Sequence record: SRR20825006_226
Reading direction: 5' to 3' (one strand)
Length of the DNA: 28,757 nt
In this document: positions 21,183 through 28,630 of the stretch, piece after piece
Layout: each line of letters begins with the position of its first letter
How positions within the stretch are numbered: position 1 is the first letter of the stretch
Notes under the pieces: generated by a model
What the model saw: the letters and a program-made list of their open reading frames with translations, nothing else
Database searches by the model: none
Told to the model about the DNA's origin: nothing
Program-made: the position numbers and the translations under genes

Positions 21183-21880
21183 TTGTTGCTGGTGTATACC
21201 CCTCTTGGCTTACACTAAAGTTTAGAGCACCTCAATTAAAGTTCTGATTTAACTCCTCCAGAGTTATTACATCTCAAAACAGAATTTATTCGCAATTTAA
21301 TTATGGAAAGTTTGGGAAAAGCCTATCCACGGGATTAGTCAAGCTAATCTTTGGCTCAGCAACACCATTTGAAGTAATTCACCTGATTTGTTCTAAATCT
21401 AAAATTTCGTTAATTCAAACTGAACCGAAACCCTCGCTACTTTAATGTGGGATTGTTAGCCAGAAAGCTAGACATTGATTATTAATCCATCATTTTATCA
21501 TATAGTAAAAACGCCTTTTTGGTGGCAGTTATATGCTATTTGATGCTCCGTAATATTTATTGGAAATATATTTGATCTTAAAGACAATCAATTTATTGCG
21601 CATTCATTCTTGTTATTCTTTACTCTTAGGTATGCCGCATTCCACTTTTGTATTTTATTCGTTAAACCATTTAGATTGGCAGTAACTCGTAAGAATGCTT
21701 ATTGGAGCAATTGGCATTACATCGAGTTCACATGTCATTTTCTAGCTTCTAGTTATTTCAGCTACATATTTATTGATTATTTCTTTAGCTAGCAACAAAT
21801 TGGAATACTCCTCACTTCTTGTTTGGTTGGGATTATTAGCAGGTTTTAGCTCATTTCCCCAAAACAATTACTGTGTACAC

Positions 21881-21942
21881 TACCACTTTATAGGTATTAA
21901 AAATCTCTTTTGGGAGATGTTTTTATACACTTTTGTGTGATG
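21881..21942. promoter_or_regulatory. Three phased operator-like boxes upstream of the 132-aa gene
   Basis: TACCACT-TT-ATAGGTA (21881-21896, 7-2-7 inverted, NarL-like), ATCTC-N6-GAGAT (21903-21918) and TACACTTTTGTGTGAT (21926-21941); starts spaced 22 and 23 bp; related boxes recur at 26124-26662. Confidence 0.6.
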
Positions 21943-22038
21943 CATTACAATAGAAAAAGGCATTAGTTAACCATTGTAGCCAGTGAATATTCATCCGATA
22001 TGAGAATATTTTTATTACGCAATAAATGGAGAGGATAG

Positions 22039-22437
22039 ATGAGCAACATAATTAAGTCAGTGCAATTAGCAACCAGCAGGGAAGCAAAAGCCTCTGGAAA
22101 ATCCGGCCCCAACGATGTCTTTTATAGTTCTACAGATTATAATTTCCCAGTACCAAAAAATCTAACCAAAGTGATCCTCTGCAGTAATCCTGATGGAACA
22201 GGTGACACGTTTGTGAATGATCAAATAAGCATCTCAGTAAATGGTACCCTGATTTATAAACATGATTACACCCACCGTAACCAAGGACATATCACACCTC
22301 TTGCACCTCAAAGTCTGATATTCTCATTTCATAATTATGAAGGACAAAGTGTAACAATAGAAACAAAGTATACTGATTTATACACAAACAGTAATGGAGC
22401 TTCAAATTTCTATTTATACATAGAAAGTAATGGCTAA
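22039..22437 (+). CDS. Hypothetical protein, probably beta-sandwich, no signal peptide
   Basis: 132-aa ORF with SD-like GGAGAGG, followed by a structured terminator; beta-strand-like pattern (FVNDQISISVNG). Confidence 0.75.
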   Translation: MSNIIKSVQLATSREAKASGKSGPNDVFYSSTDYNFPVPKNLTKVILCSNPDGTGDTFVNDQISISVNGTLIYKHDYTHRNQGHITPLAPQSLIFSFHNYEGQSVTIETKYTDLYTNSNGASNFYLYIESNG

Positions 22438-22449
22438 GAAATTGGTTTC

Positions 22450-22521
22450 CTGTTTCCGGTGTGAGGCATGTACTTAAACTCATACGTGTCCAGCATTGCT
22501 TTCCACCGGGAGCAGTTTTTT
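22450..22521 (+). terminator. Large branched stem-loop with U-tract after the 132-aa gene
   Basis: CTGTTTCCGGTG (22450-22461) pairs with CACCGGGAGCAG (22504-22515, two G-U), followed by T6. Confidence 0.6.
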
Positions 22522-22559
22522 ACTGATAAATGTTACCGCTAGAGTTGTTGAGATTCTAT

Positions 22560-23216
22560 CTATTCTATCAGGCCAAGAATAAAAGCTTTTTTTATCATCC
22601 CGGCAGTGTTCTTCACATCTAGTTTCGCCATAATGTTCTTGCGATGGGTCTTGACGGTATGCTCGCTTAGGAAAATTTTATCGGCAATTTCTTTCATGGT
22701 TAGTTCCTCACCGATTAGCTTAATCAATTCAATTTCTCTATCAGTAAGTTGGCTTGACACTGAATCTCGTTTATGAGAACCTTGAGACTCTGAGGAAATT
22801 TTATAGCCACCCACAATTACTTCCATTATTTCTGGGCTAAAGGCAAAACTCCCTTCTGCCACTTTTCTAATGGAGTCTTTCAGCTCCGGAAAACCTGTGC
22901 TTTTTAAAAGGTATCCAGAAATTCCGCTTTCCATTAATCGGCTTACAAAGTCTTCGCTAAAGTAGGTACTGAGCATAATAACTTTAATCGAAGGATATTG
23001 ATGAAGCACATTTTCAGCAACATCAACACCATTGGTGCTTCCCATTTCAATATCCAAAAACAAAACATCCGGCAAACCACCTTCTGCTAGGTAGCGCATC
23101 AAATCCAATCCGTTATTGAAGGTCTTCATTACTTCAAAATCGTCTGAACGTGAAAGTAATGCTTCCACGCCTTGTACAAATACCTGATGATCGTCAACGA
23201 GTATAATTTTTATCAT
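22560..23216 (-). CDS. NarL/FixJ (LuxR-HTH) family response regulator
   Basis: REC domain (LVDDH, FLDIEM, MLST, GYLLK) plus LuxR HTH LTDREIE...KEIADKIFLSEHTVKTHRKNIMAKL. Confidence 0.95.
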   Translation of the reverse strand: MIKIILVDDHQVFVQGVEALLSRSDDFEVMKTFNNGLDLMRYLAEGGLPDVLFLDIEMGSTNGVDVAENVLHQYPSIKVIMLSTYFSEDFVSRLMESGISGYLLKSTGFPELKDSIRKVAEGSFAFSPEIMEVIVGGYKISSESQGSHKRDSVSSQLTDREIELIKLIGEELTMKEIADKIFLSEHTVKTHRKNIMAKLDVKNTAGMIKKAFILGLIE

Positions 23217-23217
23217 A

Positions 23218-25617
23218 TTAGTTTAGCGCTTCGGAACTCCATCCTTCCTTGTTTAGTGGAATTTGAATATTGATATCCACTCCCTTCCCTTTTGCAGTTT
23301 GCAACTGGAACTCTCCACCAAGTAATTTCACTCGGTTTTCCATATTACCAACTCCATAACTTTCCCGCTCACTTTTTGGTGTATTATTTTCGGAAGGATC
23401 AAACCCAATTCCATTATCCTTTATTTTTAACGTTAAATACTTCCCATCTGTTAATAATAACTCTATCACATCTGCTTTCGAATACTTAAGTGCATTACTT
23501 AATGCTTCCTGAATAATCCTAAATACATTAATTTCTATATGGGTATCAAGGTTTTCGCTTAAATTGATATTGCTTTGAACTTCTACACCAATTTTACCAA
23601 TTTTGATCAGTAATTCATTTACATCATTTTTTAAGCCATCTCCAGAAATTTTTCCTTCTTGCATTTCTTTGATGATGGCACGAACTTCCAAAAAAGCATC
23701 ATCCAAAAACCTATTCCCTTCTTCAAAGTGATTATATAGCTCTGGTTGTTTTTCTTTGATGTCTTCATTTAAGGAGCTGAAGTACAATTTAACCAAAGAA
23801 AGAATACTACCTAAACGATCATGGAGCTCTGCCGCTAATCGCTTTCGTTCTTTGTCTTGGCCTTCAAGCATTGCTCCAATCGTTTTCAATTGTTGGTTAT
23901 TAAGTAAAGAGTCGATCTCTTTTTGGTAAATTTCTTCCTTCTGTGAAGCAATAATTCGTTTCTTTCTAGAGCTATAAACAAACCAAAAGGTGATGCCAAT
24001 AGCAGCGCTAAAAAGAGCTAATAGCCCAATAATTAGCAATTTTTTTTCAGCATTTCTTTTTTGAATGAGCGCTTCATTTTCTGCTTGTTCAGCGGTTAAG
24101 ACTTTAATCTCTGTATCCTTCTTTTCAGTCTCGTACTTAGTAATGAGTTCTTCAATTACTTTTGTTTTCTCAGAATTCAACAAGCTATCCTTCATGGTGT
24201 TGTATCTAAATAAATACTCATACGCCTTAGGAAAATCTTCTTTTAGTTCATATACATCAGCAATAGCAGATAGTGCTCTAGTCTCAAAGCTCAGGTGATC
24301 TGAATTAAGGGCATTTTCTAGGCTTTTTTGAAAGAAAGAAAGAGCTTTATCATATTCTGACCTATAGTAGTGGTTAGATCCAATATTAAAATATAGCTCA
24401 GCTAGTTGTCTTTGATTGCCTGAATTCTCATATACATCCAACGATTTTTCGAAATATTGAAGTGCGGTTCCATACTCATTCTTCTCATTATATATTGCTC
24501 CAATATTATTATATACAAGGGCTGCTGATTCATTGTCACCCAGTGCTTCATATTCAGAAACAGCGAGGTTGAAGTAATAAAGAGAAGAATCGGGCTGGTT
24601 TAGATTCAAAAAAATTACCCCAATGTTTTGAAGCATACTGCCAATCCTTTGCGGATCTTGAAACTTCTCATATACTTTTAATGCTTTAGAATAATACTCG
24701 ATTGCCTGATCAGAATAGCCCTGTTTTTCATACACATACCCAATTTTTTCAAGTCTGGACGCTATTTGTTTGTCTTCGTTTATCCCAGCCTTATTCAGTA
24801 GAAAAAGGCTTTCTAAATAGTTCGCAAGGGCTTCTTCGTAGGAGCCTTGACTAAAAAACACATTACCCATATTTAAAATCACTAAAGAAAGGCCTGCAGT
24901 ATCCCCGACAGATTCTTGTACTTTACGATACTTTTGATAGTAAAACATAGCATTTTCATATTCAGCCTCTTCTGACATCCAGTTGCCAAAATTTAAATAC
25001 GAAGTAGAAACGCTACGTTCATCTCCAAGCTTTTCTTTTATTTCAATACTTTTTAGATAACTCTCATAGGCTTTCTCCTTTTCACCCATAATGCGGTATA
25101 GGCTTCCCATGTTATTCAAGGTTCCAGCAGCTCCCAAAACATTTCCCACTTCCTCTTTAAAGGCTATACTTTTTTGGTAACTCTCTAACGCTTCCTCATA
25201 TCGTCCCGTACCTCGATATAACAATCCTATCCGGTTGTAAGAGTCTCCCAGTTGCATCGTATTGTTTCTTTCTTCGCTTAAAACAATACTCTGTTTAAAG
25301 AAGTCCTCTGATTTTGCAGGATCCCCAAGTCTCCGGTAAATCCTACCCTGCAGATCCAACATCTGCTCCTCAAATGGGGAGTTTAGGCCTTCGGATTTAA
25401 TAAGTTTAATTAGATATTCCGCATAGTAAATACTGGAATCCATGGTCGCGGGATAGAAATCTTCAGCTTTGTTAGCCAAATATTCAACTTTGTCCTGATT
25501 CTCAGCTGCACACACTGGTTTTACAAAGGCTACAACAAAAAGTAGCCCTAATAAAACCAAAAGCATGCTTTTATTCGCCCCAAATACAAAATAATTCTGA
25601 GGGCTATGTCCTTTCAT
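23218..25617 (-). CDS. Sensor histidine kinase with extracytoplasmic TPR array (HisKA_3/HATPase)
   Basis: N-terminal hydrophobic signal, many TPR repeats (SYNRIGLLY...YEEALESYQKS etc.), TM helix, H-box ERKRLAAELHDRLGS, FRIIQEALSNALKYS, IKDNGIGF, YGVGNMENRV. Confidence 0.93.
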   Translation of the reverse strand: MKGHSPQNYFVFGANKSMLLVLLGLLFVVAFVKPVCAAENQDKVEYLANKAEDFYPATMDSSIYYAEYLIKLIKSEGLNSPFEEQMLDLQGRIYRRLGDPAKSEDFFKQSIVLSEERNNTMQLGDSYNRIGLLYRGTGRYEEALESYQKSIAFKEEVGNVLGAAGTLNNMGSLYRIMGEKEKAYESYLKSIEIKEKLGDERSVSTSYLNFGNWMSEEAEYENAMFYYQKYRKVQESVGDTAGLSLVILNMGNVFFSQGSYEEALANYLESLFLLNKAGINEDKQIASRLEKIGYVYEKQGYSDQAIEYYSKALKVYEKFQDPQRIGSMLQNIGVIFLNLNQPDSSLYYFNLAVSEYEALGDNESAALVYNNIGAIYNEKNEYGTALQYFEKSLDVYENSGNQRQLAELYFNIGSNHYYRSEYDKALSFFQKSLENALNSDHLSFETRALSAIADVYELKEDFPKAYEYLFRYNTMKDSLLNSEKTKVIEELITKYETEKKDTEIKVLTAEQAENEALIQKRNAEKKLLIIGLLALFSAAIGITFWFVYSSRKKRIIASQKEEIYQKEIDSLLNNQQLKTIGAMLEGQDKERKRLAAELHDRLGSILSLVKLYFSSLNEDIKEKQPELYNHFEEGNRFLDDAFLEVRAIIKEMQEGKISGDGLKNDVNELLIKIGKIGVEVQSNINLSENLDTHIEINVFRIIQEALSNALKYSKADVIELLLTDGKYLTLKIKDNGIGFDPSENNTPKSERESYGVGNMENRVKLLGGEFQLQTAKGKGVDINIQIPLNKEGWSSEALN

Positions 25618-26012
25618 TATTCGTCTTCAGCATCTTCATAAGTTACTTGCGAGCTTCCCGATGGAGGAGGGGGATCACCGCCACCAACTTCACCTGTTAC
25701 CGTAATACTTTCATTCATATTTACAGTTATCATAGAGGCTGATGTTATTCCACTTCCAGTAGAAGGCAAGGTACATGTTCTAAGAACTGCTTTCCAAGAA
25801 CTTGGAGAACCAGAACCCGTTACAGGTATATCGACTGTCACGGCATCCCCTGATGAAGTTACAGCACATGCGCCTACGGCATAATTAGACGGAACCGTAA
25901 TCAGCGCGCTTAAAGTGTAAATGTTTTCAGTAACAGTTAATCTTAAGTATGGTACTATTTTATAAACTGAAGACCCACCTTCTGTTAAATCGAGAGTATT
26001 CTTTTCGCTCAT
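25617..26012 (-). CDS. Hypothetical Ser/Thr/Gly-rich protein, first gene of the TCS operon
   Basis: 131-aa ORF; its TAA overlaps the kinase ATG (TAATG), implying translational coupling; ends GGGDPPPPSGSSQVTYEDAEDE. Confidence 0.75.
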   Translation of the reverse strand: MSEKNTLDLTEGGSSVYKIVPYLRLTVTENIYTLSALITVPSNYAVGACAVTSSGDAVTVDIPVTGSGSPSSWKAVLRTCTLPSTGSGITSASMITVNMNESITVTGEVGGGDPPPPSGSSQVTYEDAEDE

Positions 26013-26123
26013 AGCTATTATAGATTTAAGAGTTTGATTTAAACTATTTAATAAAAAGCATTCACTAGAAAATTAAAACACTAAAACCCACAGAAATGGT
26101 GTTGCTAAATGTACTTTATAGTA

Positions 26124-26140
26124 ATCTATTTTGAGAGATG
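26124..26140. promoter_or_regulatory. Operator-like box upstream of the TCS operon
   Basis: ATCTATTTTGAGAGATG, 15/17 identical to 21903-21919 (ATCTCTTTTGGGAGATG). Confidence 0.5.
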
Positions 26141-26414
26141 CACTTACCTATTAAATATGTCCTTTCATAGCAACATACTATCAATAGTGCATGAATACAA
26201 GCTACTATTCGCTAAAATTCATTTTTATTTGTTAGAATTTTCCTCCTAATTCGAGCATTAAATACCACCAAATTATCCACTATTAATAGTCTTAGAATTT
26301 TACTTCTCTAGATACTTTAGTCAGTCCTCCAAATTATTCAAACTATCCCTAAAAAGTGGTACTACTCCATAGCCTTTTGAGTGATGTTATTGAAAACCCA
26401 TTCCCTCATCTTGT

Positions 26415-26608
26415 TAAAAGTTCAAGTGTAAAGAACTATCAGATATAAATCTGAAACTAGAGTTTTTGAAATAGTGGATCGAGATAACACTCTAATATAG
26501 AGTAGAGTTTGCCTAGGGGTATTGTAAAAGCGAAAAAGATGAGGGAAGTTGACCTCCCTCATCATCCTTCCGAGCCGTGTGGATTAGTAGCCGCACGGCT
26601 CTTTTTTT
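26415..26608 (+). ncRNA. Putative small RNA, copy 1 (5' end approximate)
   Basis: Follows the conserved operator/promoter block; no credible ORF; hairpins 26538-26563 and terminator 26572-26608 covary with copy 2. Confidence 0.55.
26572..26608 (+). terminator. Rho-independent terminator, repeat unit 1
   Basis: GAGCCGTGTGG-ATTAGTAG-CCGCACGGCTC then T7. Confidence 0.85.
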
Positions 26609-26690
26609 GTTCTTCAGACTATCCCTAGAAAGTGGTACTACTTAATAACCTTTTGAGTGATGTTATTAAAAACCCATTCCCTCATCTTCA

Positions 26691-26887
26691 TTAGGAGTTC
26701 AATTGAGCACTATATGACAGATAGAGTTAAAACGAACTTGGTGTTCAAATAACAAATGGGTAAGCACTTTAACATAGAGCACATGATTGATTTCGGGGTA
26801 CAGTAAAAGCGAAAAGAGAGATGAAGGAAGTTGACCTCCTTCATTATCATTCTGGGCCGTGTGGGGTAGAGACCACACGGTTCCTTT
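26691..26887 (+). ncRNA. Putative small RNA, copy 2 (5' end approximate)
   Basis: Paralog of copy 1; hairpin 26820-26845 and terminator-like hairpin 26854-26887. Confidence 0.5.
26854..26887 (+). terminator. Terminator-like hairpin, repeat unit 2 (short U-tract)
   Basis: GGGCCGTGTGG-GGTAGAGA-CCACACGGTTC then CTTT. Confidence 0.6.
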
Positions 26888-27025
26888 AAATATACACATG
26901 ACGTTTGTGTCGCATAGTTTAGTCGCTATGCGATTCTTTAAATTAGTAAACACTAGTTAATAAATCTTGCCGATTGACGAGCTAATATCAAGTTAAATTC
27001 AAACGAACCTAAAGAGGAGTTAATA

Positions 27026-27520
27026 ATGAAATCTTCAGAAAATAATGGACATACCATTGGCGATTATACAGCAGACAACATTTTCCTCCGCATGGATGGT
27101 TCAGAAGTAAAAGAGTTCATGCCGTATGGTGGTGGAAGTGTAAATTGTCAGGTCGAAGCTGGACCTTGGGAAAAATTTAACATCCAGAAACAAACTGATA
27201 ATATTTATACTATTGAGTCCATTGCTTTCCCTGGAGTTTACCTTCGCATGGATGGAAGAGGTGTAAATGAATCTAACCCAATTGGCGGTGTAGTTAACTG
27301 CCAACTTGGCGCCGGGCCTTGGGAGAAATTCAAGATTACTATACACCTATATGGCTATTCCATCGAATCTGTTTCCTTTCCAGGTGTATTCCTTCGAATG
27401 GATAGTGATAATTGTTCCGTCAATTCCGCCCCAGGATGCGGTTCTATCAGCTGTAGCTTTGGAGTTAGCATGACAGCTCCAATAAGAGGTCTTTTTTATA
27501 TTAAGCCGATACTTCCATAA
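27026..27520 (+). CDS. Fascin-like beta-trefoil repeat protein
   Basis: SD GAGGAG; three internal repeats of (IES..FPGV)[FY]LRMD...GG.VNCQ..AGPWEKF.I; no signal peptide. Confidence 0.75.
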   Translation: MKSSENNGHTIGDYTADNIFLRMDGSEVKEFMPYGGGSVNCQVEAGPWEKFNIQKQTDNIYTIESIAFPGVYLRMDGRGVNESNPIGGVVNCQLGAGPWEKFKITIHLYGYSIESVSFPGVFLRMDSDNCSVNSAPGCGSISCSFGVSMTAPIRGLFYIKPILP

Positions 27521-27715
27521 AATTATAGATTTCCATTTCGCATATACAAAAATCAAATGATTCTAGTGCTGAAGTCCAGTGGGCTTGCGGATATGAGTTT
27601 AATTCAGTTACTTCAATAATAACTAAACTCTGTGCCTATTTAACGAGGCTGGTTATTCCGCAATAGAAATTAGTTTCGCATTTATTTGAAGCTTAATATC
27701 TTGAAATGAAGACTT

Positions 27716-28129
27716 ATGAAAAAAGCATCTCTTGTTTGTTTTGTTTTGGCAATCATCGTTTTTGTCTCTTGTTCAGTTTTCGATTCAGATTCTAATACAG
27801 TAGACTCTCGAATTATTGGCAATTGGCAGTTAATTCGTACTAGTGGTGGATTTATTGGAGAAGTTCAAACTCCTGATTCGGCTGGATTCAAAGCTAATCT
27901 GCTCGAATTTACATCTAATCACACCTATTCTATTTCATTTGATGATAGCATCATAAAACATGGATCGTATAGTCTAACGGAAAAAGATGGAGAGCTTTAT
28001 GTAACCTACATCCAAACTGATGATGGATACTTCCCAAATAAGTATGCATCATTTGAATCAAACGATATTCTGATATTAAATGACGAGTGTACAGATTGTT
28101 ATACATCTACCTACAAGCGAATTAAATAA
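27716..28129 (+). CDS. Lipoprotein, lipocalin-like beta-barrel domain
   Basis: Lipobox FVSC; IIGNWQLIRTSGGFIG (GxW motif); C-terminal CTDC..STYKR. Confidence 0.75.
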   Translation: MKKASLVCFVLAIIVFVSCSVFDSDSNTVDSRIIGNWQLIRTSGGFIGEVQTPDSAGFKANLLEFTSNHTYSISFDDSIIKHGSYSLTEKDGELYVTYIQTDDGYFPNKYASFESNDILILNDECTDCYTSTYKRIK

Positions 28130-28189
28130 CTTAATAGACTTTAGAATGCCTAGATTTAGTGCACTAAACTTAACAGATAGCTCACCACT

Positions 28190-28630
28190 TTGAAAATAAA
28201 GCAGACAGATATTGAGGCTAATGCAGTCAGCGTGGAAGTGTATTCTCTCCGAGTATTACTGTACTGGCTGCAATACGAAAAGCGCACTTGGATTTTAGGT
28301 GCTGGTGGAATCTATATACCCATTGGATTGATTTTGATGCTAGTAACATTACTTGCCATCGTTTTTACCCCTTACATGCTTTGGCACTTGTTCAAAGCTA
28401 AATGGTATAAATCAATCGTTGTATTTCTAATCATTGTGGTACTACCGTTTATAGCTTTTCAGATTATCGAAATTGAGAATGAGGTAATGAGTTATATAGC
28501 CATGTCTATACCTCTTCTAACATTTTATCTATACACGAACGTAATTAGTTACGTGATTGGTGGACATTTAAACAAGGTAGATACTCTAAAAGAGATGGAT
28601 TTTGAAAGTAGAATGAGACGTCGATATTAG
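28190..28630 (+). CDS. Hypothetical membrane protein (start uncertain)
   Basis: About three hydrophobic helices; the TTG start may be too far upstream. Confidence 0.6.
   Translation: MKIKQTDIEANAVSVEVYSLRVLLYWLQYEKRTWILGAGGIYIPIGLILMLVTLLAIVFTPYMLWHLFKAKWYKSIVVFLIIVVLPFIAFQIIEIENEVMSYIAMSIPLLTFYLYTNVISYVIGGHLNKVDTLKEMDFESRMRRRY

Larger units (their letters stand above)
26337..26887 (+). repeat. Two-copy tandem direct repeat, period 276 bp (26337-26608 and 26613-26887)
   Basis: First 76 nt 70/76 identical by hand alignment; middle ~90 nt strongly diverged; 3' block GGGGTA..GTAAAAGCGAAAA..GATGARGGAAGTTGACCTCCYTCAT..GCCGTGTGG..CCRCACGG conserved. Confidence 0.95.

Noticed and set aside
26000-26009. 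10-nt identity (AGCGAAAAGA) between the 131-aa mRNA start and the conserved block of unit 2
   Set aside because: Same sense as the predicted sRNA, so it cannot pair; short A-rich match plausible by chance.
26086-26101. Additional degenerate operator box ACCCACAGAAATGGTG
   Set aside because: Only about 10/16 match to the 26346 box, and not at the 22-24 bp spacing from the 26124 box.
26337-26887. Tandem units as a CRISPR or guide-RNA array, retron ncRNA or IS/MITE
   Set aside because: Only two units of 276 bp; the variable middles are still visibly homologous, not unrelated spacers; no cas, reverse transcriptase, TnpB or transposase gene in the window; no terminal inverted repeats with target duplication.
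26539-26889. Small paralogous ORFs in the 3' blocks (MREVDLPHHPSEPCG..., MKEVDLLHYHSGPCG...)
   Set aside because: The ATG is buried in a hairpin, the frames run through terminators, lengths differ (38 vs 22 aa), and the substitutions are mostly non-synonymous while preserving base pairing.
26699-26953. 84-aa minus-strand ORF from the track
   Set aside because: TTG-type start antisense to repeat unit 2, no recognisable protein features; G-U pairs and U-tracts favour + strand RNA function.
7870-27556. Other short overlapping ORFs (7870, 9674, 10070, 10982, 14254, 16314, 19110, 20900, 22292, 23292, 24065, 27101, 27347)
   Set aside because: Antisense or alternate-frame overlaps of well-supported genes, without protein-like motifs.
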